This document shows positions 1 through 9,652 of a stretch of 64,000 nucleotides of DNA, piece by piece. The notes under the pieces were generated by a model. The model was not told the origin of the DNA and did no database searches. It worked only from the letters and a program-made list of their open reading frames with translations. Position 1 is the stretch's first letter. Each line of letters begins with the position of its first letter. This stretch comes from Gammaproteobacteria bacterium. GTDB taxonomy: Bacteria > Pseudomonadota > Gammaproteobacteria > GCA-001735895. The stretch covers positions 2,150-66,149 of the forward strand of contig JBNKUM010000103.1 of the NCBI GenBank assembly GCA_050298595.1, read 5' to 3'. The position numbers and the translations under genes are program-made.

Positions 1-782
1 GAGTTACGCGCATCCGCGTAGGAGTTAGCCAGGCCACTATCGTATTCGACCTTGCTTTTGGTGTGGAACAGATTAAGCCCTAACTCCACACTGTCATTCA
101 CTGGCAATTCGAAACCAGCAGTAATACTGTTATTTCGATAGCTGTCATCATCTGATTCGTAATTACGGTAATCTGAATTAGTGGTCGAGAAGCCGTCTAC
201 ATTTTCATGCTCCAGGTTGACATGATAGCGCCCGCTGCCAAGCGCCCCGCCGCCGCCGAGTACCGCCTTCTCAGTACCATAGCTGCCGGCTTTTAAACTG
301 GCATGCAAGCCGGTATCCTTGCGGGTAAATATCTGCACCACACCACCAATGGCTTCAGAGCCGTACAGTGTAGAGTTGGGTCCACGCACGACTTCAATAC
401 GATCGATCTGGTCTGGCGAAAGCGCGGACCAGTTGAAGCTACCGGAGGTTACCGAAGAGACACGCACTCCATCTACCAGTACCAGTACATGGTCACTGTT
501 GGTGCCGCGCATGTAGATGCTGGTATTACTGCCAGGTCCGCCATTGCGACTGATATCGATACCAACACTGTGGTTTTGCAGCAATTCCATCACACTATGA
601 CTCTGGCTTGCTTCTATCTGGTCCCGACTGATGACGGTGACCGCGGCAAGCGTTTCATCGGCAGTCTGTGCCATGCGGGTCGCGGTAACAACAATCGGAT
701 CAAGGGATTCATTGGCCGCATAAAGCGGTATGGAGACGCTCGTGAGTACGGCGCCCATTAATAACAACTGGGTTTGGTTCAT
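1..782 (-). CDS. btuB: TonB-dependent cobalamin outer-membrane receptor, N-terminal part; the gene runs off the left edge of the window
   Basis: Absent from the ORF track because it is open at the window edge. My minus-strand translation from the ATG at 782-780 gives MNQTQLLLMGAVLTSVSIPLYAANESLDPIVVTATRMAQTADETLAAVTVISRDQIE...IDRIEVVRGPNSTLYGSEAIGGVVQIFTRK. That shows a signal peptide, a TonB box (DPIVVTATR) and plug-domain motifs. The frame stays open to base 1. A cobalamin riboswitch lies directly upstream. Confidence 0.85.
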   Translation of the reverse strand, partial: MNQTQLLLMGAVLTSVSIPLYAANESLDPIVVTATRMAQTADETLAAVTVISRDQIEASQSHSVMELLQNHSVGIDISRNGGPGSNTSIYMRGTNSDHVLVLVDGVRVSSVTSGSFNWSALSPDQIDRIEVVRGPNSTLYGSEAIGGVVQIFTRKDTGLHASLKAGSYGTEKAVLGGGGALGSGRYHVNLEHENVDGFSTTNSDYRNYESDDDSYRNNSITAGFELPVNDSVELGLNLFHTKSKVEYDSGLANSYADARN

Positions 783-899
783 TAAATTTCCTCTGCGCTC
801 ACCCGCGCATCGATGAATAAATCAAGGTGAGGGGTAGAGGCCAGGGAAAACAATGCAGAAAGCGTCATTACCCTGGAGCAGCCCGCCGCAACACCGGTT

Positions 900-1095
900 A
901 ACACGTTCAGGCCGGTCTCCGGGCTCGCGGATGGGATAAATCCCTGGCAGATCGCCTTCCCGCGCGTGAGCGCAGTGGCTAAATGATCTACTGTATCCGC
1001 CTACCGTTGCGGGGGCAGCGTCGGAATTGCCATTAAGTGGCGCACCAACTTCCCGTTTCATTCCACAAAAAGACTTTTTCGTAGAACACCTGAAA
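900..1095 (-). promoter_or_regulatory. Cobalamin (B12) riboswitch aptamer in the btuB leader
   Basis: The minus strand reads ...GGGAAgttGGTGcgccacttaatggcaattCCgacgCTGCCCCCGCAACGGTAgg...GCCACTGcgctcacgcgcGGGAAGGC...AGCCCGGAGACCGGCC. The last element is the B12 box (plus-strand 910-926). Conserved blocks are in the order expected for this riboswitch class. The track ORF 822..1061 overlaps it and is rejected. Confidence 0.9.
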
Positions 1096-1147
1096 CGAGG
1101 CGCGAATGTAGCACGGTTAACAGGAAAAAATAAAGTGCCGGATTGAA

Positions 1148-1861
1148 TTAATATGCGATGAGTACGACCAATTCTGAAATTTCCACCAGAGCGCCTGCAG
1201 TATCACCCGTGGTACCACCGATACGAGCAACCATCAGCCAGCGCAACAACACAAAAACCATCACAACTGCACACAGCGCCCAAAATCCATTCAACAACAG
1301 CGCGAATATAGCACTAGCTGCAATGGACAGCACGCAGGCGCGGCTGGACATACCGTCAAAGGCTTTACCCAGGCCCTGTTTACGCACATATTTCGTCGTT
1401 AGAAATAGCAGGGGTAATACAGCTCGCCCAATGACTGATGCTAGCAGTAACCCTGACCAATCGTCACTACTGAGTAGTGACTCAAGCGCAACAAACTTCC
1501 CCAGCAATAACAGCACAAGTACTACGACCCCGGCTGGGCCACAATAAGGATCTTTCATGATAGCAAGTGTGCGTTCACGATCACCCTGACCACCAATCCA
1601 TGCATCTGCACTGTCAGCCAGTCCGTCCAGATGCAATGCACCTGTGATTATGACCCAGATTCCAAGCACCAGCATGGCCTGCACGGCAACTGGTAGCGTT
1701 TGCAGTAATCCTGCGCTCATCCACAGCACAATGCCGATCAACATACCCACCAGTGGATACCAGGGTAGTGAACGCGCAACCCCATCATGTGAAGGCGCCT
1801 CAGGCAGAGGAACGGGGAAACGGGTAAGAAACTGAACAGCAATCAGTAAGGGGTTTAACAT
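1148..1861 (-). CDS. cobS: Adenosylcobinamide-GDP ribazoletransferase (cobalamin synthase)
   Basis: 237-aa polytopic membrane protein with the N-terminus [18 protein letters not shown] typical of CobS/CobV. It lies in a cob operon and overlaps cobC by 7 nt. Confidence 0.9.
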   Translation of the reverse strand: MLNPLLIAVQFLTRFPVPLPEAPSHDGVARSLPWYPLVGMLIGIVLWMSAGLLQTLPVAVQAMLVLGIWVIITGALHLDGLADSADAWIGGQGDRERTLAIMKDPYCGPAGVVVLVLLLLGKFVALESLLSSDDWSGLLLASVIGRAVLPLLFLTTKYVRKQGLGKAFDGMSSRACVLSIAASAIFALLLNGFWALCAVVMVFVLLRWLMVARIGGTTGDTAGALVEISELVVLIAY

Positions 1862-2496
1862 AGTGCTTCTCCATCCGGAAATACCAGGCTCGGGTAGTGC
1901 TTGCCCTGGTCATCAAAGTCGATGCGCAGGCGACATTTTGCAGCATGCCCCAGGCCCAATCGCAACAGAGCGTTTAGCGGCATACCCAGACAATGGGCGA
2001 TGAGCAGGCGCATGCTGCCACCATGGATAACCAGCAGCAGATGCTGGCCTGGTGGTGCAGTTAGTAATGCCTGCCAGGCATTAAGCACACGCTGCTCAAA
2101 ATCCTGCAATGATTCTGCTCCGGGTGGGGTAAACCCGACCGGGTCTTGCCAATAGCGTTGCAGTGACTGTGGCTCGGTTTGCATAATGTCGCTGGCTGTT
2201 CGCCCTTCCCAGTCGCCGAAATCAATTTCACTAAAATCAGATTGCAGCTGAAATGGTAGTTGTAATCGACCTGCAAGCTTTTCGGCGAAGGCACGACAGC
2301 GCAGAGCGTTGGAGCTGATGATCGCATCCCAGGGCTGTGGTGGATCGACAGCTGCCCAAAGCTGCTGCCAGCCACGTTCTGTCAGGGGATCATCACGTCT
2401 ACCCCGAAAACAGCGCCCACCCTCGGGCTCACCATGGCGCAGCAGATCGATGATCAGATGCAGAGGTGGCTGCTCGGGCTGGGTGCTGTCGCTCAT
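1855..2496 (-). CDS. cobC: Alpha-ribazole phosphatase (histidine phosphatase family)
   Basis: RHGE catalytic motif ([10 protein letters not shown]) near the N-terminus, a later HGG motif, and position between cobT and cobS. Confidence 0.8.
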   Translation of the reverse strand: MSDSTQPEQPPLHLIIDLLRHGEPEGGRCFRGRRDDPLTERGWQQLWAAVDPPQPWDAIISSNALRCRAFAEKLAGRLQLPFQLQSDFSEIDFGDWEGRTASDIMQTEPQSLQRYWQDPVGFTPPGAESLQDFEQRVLNAWQALLTAPPGQHLLLVIHGGSMRLLIAHCLGMPLNALLRLGLGHAAKCRLRIDFDDQGKHYPSLVFPDGEALC

Positions 2497-3548
2497 TCGC
2501 TCTTTTCCGAAACTCCGGCCTCGGCGAATGTGGCCATTTCATTATGTAACGCGCAAGCCTGACGCAGCAGGTAAACCGCAGTCGCGGCACCACTCGCCTC
2601 ACCCAGGCGCATGCCGAGATTCAGCAGGGGTTCGGCCTCCAGCGCCTGCAGGATACGGCTGTGCCCCGGCTCTGCAGAAGCGTGACCATACATAAACCAG
2701 TGCGTGCAATCAGGGTGCAAGCGCGTTGCCACCAGTGCGGCAACACTGGTAATAAATCCATCCACTAACACCGGCAGCCCCAGTTGTGCACAGGCGATAA
2801 AACTGCCAGTCAGTGCTGCGATTTCAAATCCACCAAGCAGACGCAGAACCTGATAGGCATCATCCAGTGCATCACCATGGAATGCCAGTGCCTGTTCGAT
2901 CACGCGGGCTTTATGCGTCACCCCATCCTTATCTAAACCGGTACCGGGACCAGCCAGTTCAGCAGGTGCCGCCTGTAACAAGGCACAGGCAAGAGCAGTC
3001 GCTGAAGTGGTATTGGCAATCCCCATATCCCCACCGATAAATAATTGCGCACCATCGTCTCTGGCGCGCTGAGCTGTCTGGCGTCCAACATCCAGCGCAC
3101 GTGCTAGCTGTTCTTCTGTCATCGCAGGCTCACGCAGAAAGTTACCCGAACAGGCCGCAATACGCTCGTCCACCACACCCGGCAATGGGCCGGGGTTATC
3201 GACGGTACCGAGATTCACCACCTCCAGCGTGGCACCAATCTGTCGACTCAATACGCTGATCGCTGCGCCACCACGGGCAAAATTGCGCACCATCTCTGTC
3301 GTAACCGCTTGAGGAAAAGCAGAAACACCTTCGTCAGCGATACCATGATCAGCGGCAAAAACAGCAATGCGAACCTGTTCCAGCACGGGCTTTTCCTGAC
3401 CCTGCATCGCTGCCAGGTCGATGGCAAGCGACTCAAGCCTGCCCAGTGCACCGGGAGGCTTGGTCAATACCTGCTGACGCTCAATCGCGGCAGTGCGGGC
3501 GGTTTCATTCAAGGTGGCGATGGGGGTATTTACCCACTCTGGTTTCAT
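2493..3548 (-). CDS. cobT: Nicotinate-nucleotide--dimethylbenzimidazole phosphoribosyltransferase
   Basis: 351 aa. Motifs [26 protein letters not shown] and [11 protein letters not shown] are characteristic of CobT. 4-nt overlaps with both neighbours. Confidence 0.92.
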   Translation of the reverse strand: MKPEWVNTPIATLNETARTAAIERQQVLTKPPGALGRLESLAIDLAAMQGQEKPVLEQVRIAVFAADHGIADEGVSAFPQAVTTEMVRNFARGGAAISVLSRQIGATLEVVNLGTVDNPGPLPGVVDERIAACSGNFLREPAMTEEQLARALDVGRQTAQRARDDGAQLFIGGDMGIANTTSATALACALLQAAPAELAGPGTGLDKDGVTHKARVIEQALAFHGDALDDAYQVLRLLGGFEIAALTGSFIACAQLGLPVLVDGFITSVAALVATRLHPDCTHWFMYGHASAEPGHSRILQALEAEPLLNLGMRLGEASGAATAVYLLRQACALHNEMATFAEAGVSEKSE

Positions 3549-4075
3549 ACAGGTTCTCCTTTGAGTACATGGGGAAGGCCGGCAACGGTCAGTATCACGC
3601 GGTCGCAGCGTTGCGCCAGCGCCTGATGCAAGCGTCCGGCCTCATCACAAAAACGGCGGCTGAGTTCACCGAGGGGTACCACCCCCATGCCGGTTTCATT
3701 GGCCACCATGATTAAGTGTCCCGGCAGTTGCGGGATCAAATCGAGCAGGGCCTCGCGTTCATCAGCCAGGCGCCCGGGGTCTTCGTTGAGTAACAGGTTG
3801 GTTAACCACAGGGTCAGGCAGTCAACCAGCAAACAGCGCTCGTCGCTGGCATGGCTGCGCAGGGTGTCAGCCAGCGCGAAGGGTTCTTCTACCAGATCCC
3901 AGTGCGCAGGGCGTTGAGCGCGATGATGATCAACACGATCCTGCATCTCCTGATCTTCTACCGTGGCAGTGGCGATATAGGTCACCGGCATCCCCGACTG
4001 CTGGGCAAGCCGCTCGGCCAGACTGCTCTTACCGGAGCGCATACCGCCCAGAATGAGTTCTTTCATTGCTTTCAT
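3545..4075 (-). CDS. cobU: Adenosylcobinamide kinase / adenosylcobinamide-phosphate guanylyltransferase
   Basis: 176 aa with a P-loop (GGMRSGKS) and operon context. Confidence 0.9.
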   Translation of the reverse strand: MKAMKELILGGMRSGKSSLAERLAQQSGMPVTYIATATVEDQEMQDRVDHHRAQRPAHWDLVEEPFALADTLRSHASDERCLLVDCLTLWLTNLLLNEDPGRLADEREALLDLIPQLPGHLIMVANETGMGVVPLGELSRRFCDEAGRLHQALAQRCDRVILTVAGLPHVLKGEPV

Positions 4076-5592
4076 GACTTCGCTCCCTCTGCATTTGGGA
4101 CATCAAACTCAAGCAGTGCGGAGATTGCGTTCATATCCAGATACTGCTCCAGCATATCCGCCAGGCGCTCAATCTCGGACTCTCGCTGTACCTTATGATC
4201 ATGTGTTTCTGGGGCATCCAGCCCTGCCCAGCGTAGCAGGCTAGACAGTGCTTCGGGTTGCTCGAACAGGCCATGCAGGTAGCTGCCAGCTACCTGTCCA
4301 TCTTCAGATATTGCCCCATCTTGGGCTCCATCCGGGGCTCCATCCTGGGCACCGTCGTGAGCGTGATCGAGGATCACCGCAGGGTTTAGCAATGCGCTGC
4401 CCTGAGTGACTCCACAATGGATTTCGTAACCGCTAACGACCGTATCATCAAGCCACAGACGCCCCGTCACGTTGCGCAAATGCTTACCCGGCTGCAGCTC
4501 GGTGACCATAGACAACAGGCCCAGACCTGTGTCACTGCCCGCGCTACCTTCAATACCCTGCGGGTCATCGATACGCTCACCGAGCATCTGGTAACCACCG
4601 CAGATACCAAGCAGTTTTCCGCCATAGCGCAAATGACGCTGGATAGCCTCTTCCCAACCGTTATCACGTAACCAGCGTAGATCCTCTCGCACATTCTTAC
4701 TGCCAGGAATCACGATAAGGTCTGCTGGCGGAATCGGGCTATCGGTCGGTACATAAATCAACTCAACCTGCGGATGCAAGCGTAGAGGGTCAAAGTCGGT
4801 ATGGTTACTGATGCGTGGCAGTACCGGGACGACTACGCGCAGTCTTTCCCCTTCTCCCAGCACCTGCTTGGCCTGTATGGCATCCTCGGCATCGAGGTGC
4901 AAATCATGCAGATAAGGCAGCACACCAAACACTGGTTTGCCGGTTTCCTGTTCCAGCCATTCAAGCCCCGATTCGAGCAGCGCAATATCCCCGCGAAAAC
5001 GGTTAATCACAAATCCCGCGACACGTGCCTGTTCACTGCTACTTAACAGGGCCAGAGTGCCAACCAGATGTGCAAACACACCACCACGATCAATATCTGC
5101 GACCAGGATAACCGGGCAATCAGCCTCTTCGGCAAAACCCATGTTGGCGATATCGCCTTCACGCAGGTTGATTTCAGCAGGACTACCGGCGCCTTCTACA
5201 ACTACCAGTTGATACTGTTCGCCAAGACGATGGTAAGACTCGAATACCGCCTGTTTGGCGCGTTTCTTATAGCCATGGTAATCCTGTGCATCCATGGTGC
5301 TCAGCGCATGCCCCTGGATGATGACCTGAGCGCAGCGGTCGGAGCTGGGCTTGAGCAGCACCGGGTTCATGTCGGTGTGAGGGTCTAGTTGACAGGCTGC
5401 AGCCTGCAGCGCCTGCGCGCGCCCGATTTCCCCGCCATCAGCGGATACGGCACTGTTTAAAGCCATGTTCTGCGGTTTAAACGGTGCCACAGCAATCCCC
5501 TGGCGTAGAAATACCCGGCACAGGCCAGTGACCAGAATACTTTTACCAGCATCCGATGTAGTGCCCTGCACCATTAGCGTTTTGATTTTCAT
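4072..5592 (-). CDS. cobQ: Cobyric acid synthase
   Basis: 506 aa. N-terminal CobQ/CobB/MinD-type ATPase ([12 protein letters not shown]) and a C-terminal GATase with [10 protein letters not shown]. Contains an inserted DGAQ/DGAP tetrapeptide repeat (see findings). Confidence 0.92.
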   Translation of the reverse strand: MKIKTLMVQGTTSDAGKSILVTGLCRVFLRQGIAVAPFKPQNMALNSAVSADGGEIGRAQALQAAACQLDPHTDMNPVLLKPSSDRCAQVIIQGHALSTMDAQDYHGYKKRAKQAVFESYHRLGEQYQLVVVEGAGSPAEINLREGDIANMGFAEEADCPVILVADIDRGGVFAHLVGTLALLSSSEQARVAGFVINRFRGDIALLESGLEWLEQETGKPVFGVLPYLHDLHLDAEDAIQAKQVLGEGERLRVVVPVLPRISNHTDFDPLRLHPQVELIYVPTDSPIPPADLIVIPGSKNVREDLRWLRDNGWEEAIQRHLRYGGKLLGICGGYQMLGERIDDPQGIEGSAGSDTGLGLLSMVTELQPGKHLRNVTGRLWLDDTVVSGYEIHCGVTQGSALLNPAVILDHAHDGAQDGAPDGAQDGAISEDGQVAGSYLHGLFEQPEALSSLLRWAGLDAPETHDHKVQRESEIERLADMLEQYLDMNAISALLEFDVPNAEGAKS

Positions 5593-6476
5593 GAGGGTTT
5601 TCTCTTGCTATGCCGCACTTCATCAAGTACCCGACACAATTGTTCGGCACCATCCAGCAGACGCGGTGTTGCCCGCTGTAGCAGATCGGGTGGGATAAAG
5701 AAAAGATGATCTGCCGATGCAGCTTTGAGTTGCGGCCAGTGGCGCCAGTTGTCCAGCCACTCGGGGCGCTCCTTATCCATTCCGCTTGCGATGATGGCAT
5801 CCGGATTGCTGGCGAGTACTGCCTCTCGGCTAACGGTGGGGGTGAGCGCAGACAATTCGTTGAAGACATTGTACCCACCACATAAATCAATCACGCGGCT
5901 GATCAAGTGATCACCATTAATCGTCATCAACGGTGGATCCCATATCTGGTAGAACACCGAAACTCTGGATTTATCCGCATACTTCTGTGTCAGCTTTTCC
6001 AGTCGCAGGCGAAAGCTCCGCGCCGCTTCGAGACCCTGAGTACTACCACTCAGGGCACCAATCTGTTCGAGGCTTAATGCTATATCCTTCAGGCTACTGG
6101 GTTCGCTGACATATACCGTAAGCCCGAGTCCACGCAGGCGCTCAACCAGTTCGGTTCCATTACCACTTAACCAGGCCACAACCAGATCGGGTTTGAGAGT
6201 CAGAATTCGTTCCAGATCCACCGCGCGATAGCCTCCGATACGCGGAATTTTGTGGGCGGCGGCGGGATAATCACTATAGTCTACGGTACCCACGATTCGG
6301 TCTCCGGCACCGGCAGCAAACAACAGTTCAGTGGTGTGCGGGGCCAGGCTGATAATGCGCTTTGCCGGTTGCTGGAGTGTGACGTTTAAGTCAGTGGCAT
6401 CAGTCACATTGATGTCGGCTTCGACTGCAGGTGAACATAAGGCAAGCACAACAACGAGATGGCCGAATATTCTCAC
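5589..6476 (-). CDS. btuF: Periplasmic cobalamin-binding protein of an ABC importer (Peripla_BP_2 family)
   Basis: [31 protein letters not shown] is typical of BtuF-like binding proteins. I prefer the GTG at 6476 as the start. It is preceded by GGGGAG and yields the signal peptide [20 protein letters not shown]. The track start at 6617 is a TTG that abuts the putative riboswitch terminator. Confidence 0.8.
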   Translation of the reverse strand: MRIFGHLVVVLALCSPAVEADINVTDATDLNVTLQQPAKRIISLAPHTTELLFAAGAGDRIVGTVDYSDYPAAAHKIPRIGGYRAVDLERILTLKPDLVVAWLSGNGTELVERLRGLGLTVYVSEPSSLKDIALSLEQIGALSGSTQGLEAARSFRLRLEKLTQKYADKSRVSVFYQIWDPPLMTINGDHLISRVIDLCGGYNVFNELSALTPTVSREAVLASNPDAIIASGMDKERPEWLDNWRHWPQLKAASADHLFFIPPDLLQRATPRLLDGAEQLCRVLDEVRHSKRKPS

Positions 6477-6619
6477 CAGTGTGCGCGCTCCCCGTGCAGA
6501 CGGCGTAAGTGAACCGCTTGCGCTTGAACGCGTGTGTAAATTAATGGACTTGCTAAACAAGGTATTTCCGCTGTCTGGTTGTTGAATAAGGGTCACGCAA
6601 TAAAGCGTGAATACCAAGC

Positions 6620-6676
6620 GGAAAAGGAGGCGGAGCGGCCTGTTACTGAAGGGCTGCCCATAGTGCCGCCCTCCGC
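6620..6676 (-). terminator. Putative riboswitch-controlled intrinsic terminator (expression platform of the second B12 riboswitch)
   Basis: The minus-strand RNA reads GGAGGGCGG-(loop)-CCGCCTCC followed directly by TTTTCC. This is a GC-rich stem with a short U tract, just 3' of the aptamer and 5' of btuF. Confidence 0.45.
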
Positions 6677-6684
6677 AACACAGT

Positions 6685-6892
6685 TATTCGCTTCAGGCCG
6701 GTCTCCGGGCTCGGGGACAGGATCGTTTCGATCCGGGCAAATCGCCTTCCCGCGTCTGAAACGCAGTGGCTTGTTAATTCGCCAATATCCACCTACCGTT
6801 GCGGGGGCAGCGTCGGAATTGCACCGTAATCCGGTGGCGCACCGACTTCCCGTTTCATTCCTGGGACAAAATGTCCATGGAACACCTGAAAC
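6685..6892 (-). promoter_or_regulatory. Cobalamin (B12) riboswitch aptamer preceding btuF-cobQUTCS
   Basis: Same conserved blocks as the btuB copy, with the B12 box at plus-strand 6696-6712. A 31-nt block, cctaccgttgcgggggcagcgtcggaattgc, is identical to the first copy. Track ORFs 6579..6938 and 6799..7047 overlap it and are rejected. Confidence 0.9.
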
Positions 6893-6984
6893 GCCGCGCT
6901 ATGGTGAGGGAATCAATAGAAAGTGTCAATGGTCGTGATACTCATGCCCGGGGAGTCATGTCCAGATACTGTGGCCGTAGCAGT

Positions 6985-7752
6985 TCAAACCGGCAGGTAA
7001 ACCTCACCGCTTTGCGTGCTCATTTGCCTGATTGGGTGTCCATATAAATCGGTCAACCTGTCTTCTTCGAGCAAGGAGTCAGTGGTTCCAGCCGCCCAGA
7101 CACCATCGCCGAACAGCATCAATACATGATCGCAGTAGCGTGCAGCCTGATTGACATCGTGTAGGACCATTAATGCGGCATGCTCTTGCTTGCACAAACT
7201 GCGGATATGTTCCAGTACCGCTACCTGATGACGCAGATCAAGGTGATTGGTTGGCTCGTCAAGCAGCAGCAGGGGCGTTTGCTGGGCCAACAGCGTTGCG
7301 ATCGATAGTCGCCGACGTTCGCCTCCCGACAGGGTATCGGTGCTGCGCTGTGTCAGGTCGGCGAGTTCCAGTTGAGCCAGCGCATCAAGCGCAATCTCAA
7401 AATCGTTTTCATTCTCCTGCGACCAACGCCCGAGGTGTGGATGACGGCCGGTGAGCACGGTATCCCAGACAGTGCTCGGGAAAATATCGTTGTAATCCTG
7501 TAATAACAGCCCCAGCTGGCAAGCGATGTGACGGCGTGAAAGCTCAAGCATGCTTTGCTCCTGCAGACGCAGCTGACCGCTCAGCGGATTACGCAGCCCT
7601 GCCAGGGTGTGCAGTAAGGTAGTTTTACCAGTGCCGTTTGCTCCCAGTATGGCCCAGCATTGCCCCTTGCAAATACTGAGATTCAGCTCGCGAACGACGT
7701 CCCGCTTTCCGATACGTATATCCAGATTGACTGCTTGCAGTAATGTCGTCAT
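6985..7752 (-). CDS. btuD: ABC transporter ATP-binding protein, iron-siderophore/cobalamin importer family
   Basis: Walker A (GANGTGKTT), ABC signature (LSGGERRR) and Walker B (LLLLDEP). Overlaps the permease gene by 4 nt. Confidence 0.85.
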   Translation of the reverse strand: MTTLLQAVNLDIRIGKRDVVRELNLSICKGQCWAILGANGTGKTTLLHTLAGLRNPLSGQLRLQEQSMLELSRRHIACQLGLLLQDYNDIFPSTVWDTVLTGRHPHLGRWSQENENDFEIALDALAQLELADLTQRSTDTLSGGERRRLSIATLLAQQTPLLLLDEPTNHLDLRHQVAVLEHIRSLCKQEHAALMVLHDVNQAARYCDHVLMLFGDGVWAAGTTDSLLEEDRLTDLYGHPIRQMSTQSGEVYLPV

Positions 7753-8729
7753 GCAGCTTTACTCCGGGCATTGCGTTGCAACAGGAACAGGAATACCGGT
7801 ACCCCGAGCATAGCAGTCAACACCCCGACCGGCAGTTGCTGCGGCGCGAGTACCGTACGTGCCAGAGTATCGGCAAGTACCAATAAGGCGGCACCGGCCA
7901 GACTCGCGGCTGGCAGCAACAGACGATGGTCACTACCGATCAGCAGGCGCATCAGATGGGGAGTGATGAGACCGACAAACCCGATACTGCCACCAATGGT
8001 AACCGCAGTTGCGGTCAACAACGAGGCGAGCAGGTAAAGCTGCAGACGCAGCCGTTTAACATTCACACCGAGGGAAGCGGCCTGCATCTCGCCACGCGCC
8101 AGCAGATTGAGGCTACGAGCCAGCGGCAAACTCAGCGCCAGTCCGATAACCAGCACCAGCAAACCACCCCAGGGCGAGGCAGAGTGTTGCAGGTCTCCCA
8201 TTAACCAGAACAGCATACTGCGCAAGTGCTGCTGGGGTGCCACGCTGAGCAAAAAGCTGATCAATGCACCCCAGCCAGCAGCGATGACCACACCGGTCAG
8301 CAGCAGGCGTGTTGGTGACCAACTGCCTTTGCCGTGGGCCAGGCCGAACACCAGCAGCATGGATGACAATGCACCGACGAAAGCACTACCACCGATGGCC
8401 AGCCCCCCCAGGCCGAATACTATAGCCAGTAGAGCCATGACCGCAGCGCCACCCGAGATGCCCAGGATATAAGGGTCAGCCAGCGGGTTACCGAGCAATA
8501 CCTGAAGCTGTGCTCCGGCAAGGGCCAGCATACCGCCGACTGCCAGCGCAGAAAGTACGCGTGGCAAACGCAGCTCCAGCACTACCGCACGTTGCATAGG
8601 TTCACCCTGCCCCAGCATTAGCTGCCATAACTCCGTCAGCGAAACATGAACACTGCCGACAGCAATACCCATTACGCTGATCATAATCAGCAGCAGGCTC
8701 AGAAGGATAAGTAGCGGAATCGGGCGCAT
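7749..8729 (-). CDS. btuC: FecCD/BtuC-family ABC importer permease
   Basis: 326-aa polytopic protein with FecCD-family features (ADPYILGISGGAA) and B12 uptake context. Confidence 0.85.
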   Translation of the reverse strand: MRPIPLLILLSLLLIMISVMGIAVGSVHVSLTELWQLMLGQGEPMQRAVVLELRLPRVLSALAVGGMLALAGAQLQVLLGNPLADPYILGISGGAAVMALLAIVFGLGGLAIGGSAFVGALSSMLLVFGLAHGKGSWSPTRLLLTGVVIAAGWGALISFLLSVAPQQHLRSMLFWLMGDLQHSASPWGGLLVLVIGLALSLPLARSLNLLARGEMQAASLGVNVKRLRLQLYLLASLLTATAVTIGGSIGFVGLITPHLMRLLIGSDHRLLLPAASLAGAALLVLADTLARTVLAPQQLPVGVLTAMLGVPVFLFLLQRNARSKAA

Positions 8730-8817
8730 CAGCGTTACAGGTTATTTTTGATAATCATGAGTAGTTTAGAATTTTCACATTCCAGCATTATCTATGGCTA
8801 AACCACTTCAGGTATTT

Positions 8818-9345
8818 TCACCTGCCCAGATTAACTGTCTCGCCTCTGGGTAGCAGGGAAGCAATCAGCATCAGCAGGCTCAGTAACAATAGCATAGGGT
8901 AAACAACGATCATCGCCTCTGCCATGCTTACACCAAAAGGCATTAAAGGCGTATAGCCACAGGATTCCATCACTCCAAATACTGCAGGAAACCATTCATC
9001 CAGTGCAAACCATGAAGGCAATCCAGAATCGACACCACATTCAGTCAGCACAAATCCTCTTTCGGTACCCAACAACATATAGGCACGTTCACAAAGCCAG
9101 ACCATGATGCCCGTATTGAGCAGGTGAAATATGCGTATCATCGGAACTGCTCGAATAACGAGGGCTGCACAGGCCACTAATATGAAGGCCAGTACCAGAA
9201 TCCGGGTATGAATACACAATGGACAGGGGCCGTATTCAAGAACGTATTGATAAAATAGTGCAACGCCTTCTGAAAAGAGCCCGAGCAGAATCAATATCCA
9301 CCAGTATAACTTGCCATGCGAGAGAGTTTTAATGAATGAAAACAT
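8818..9345 (-). CDS. dsbB: Disulfide bond formation protein B-like quinone oxidoreductase
   Basis: 175 aa with four TM segments. CPLC pair in the first periplasmic loop and a second Cys pair (TECG...ESCG) in the second loop. Confidence 0.7.
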   Translation of the reverse strand: MFSFIKTLSHGKLYWWILILLGLFSEGVALFYQYVLEYGPCPLCIHTRILVLAFILVACAALVIRAVPMIRIFHLLNTGIMVWLCERAYMLLGTERGFVLTECGVDSGLPSWFALDEWFPAVFGVMESCGYTPLMPFGVSMAEAMIVVYPMLLLLSLLMLIASLLPRGETVNLGR

Positions 9346-9652
9346 GATTGCTAATTACAGGAATAAAACCCGGAGAATAGCATAATGCTGAACCCCGTAT
9401 TAGCAGATTGCGTTGAATCAGAAAGATTTTGTATTTATTAACCAGATGCCTGACAGGGCTATTATGCGCCACATTTTTCAGTGAAAAGAATGGTTTTCTG
9501 CTATCTTATACTGTACCTTAACGTTCCCAATTCAGCATTTATCTGGTAATCAATAACATCCCTGATTAGCATGTAAGCCCTTGAATTTACAGGGACGTGG
9601 TGTTTGGTTTGATAAATGGTGCTGGTTAATTTGAACTGTCTGGTATTGTGTG

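Noticed and set aside
303-761. Plus-strand track ORFs 303..761 and 319..516
   Set aside because: They lie antisense to a clear TonB-dependent receptor reading frame (btuB) that the track missed because it is open at the window edge. They show no motifs.
822-1061. 79-aa minus-strand ORF
   Set aside because: It coincides with the cobalamin riboswitch and its expression platform. The conserved RNA motifs explain the sequence better than a protein does.
6901-6929. TTGACA (minus strand, plus coordinates 6924-6929) as the -35 of a dedicated promoter for the second riboswitch
   Set aside because: The -35 hexamer is perfect. The best -10 at the right spacing (CACCAT/ACCATA) is poor, so I did not annotate a promoter. 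The site is mentioned only as a place to look when mapping 5' ends.
6579-7047. Plus-strand ORFs 6579..6938 and 6799..7047
   Set aside because: They lie antisense to the second cobalamin riboswitch and to the end of btuD. High GC content produces long spurious frames here, as it does for the many antisense ORFs listed across 1.1-8.5 kb.
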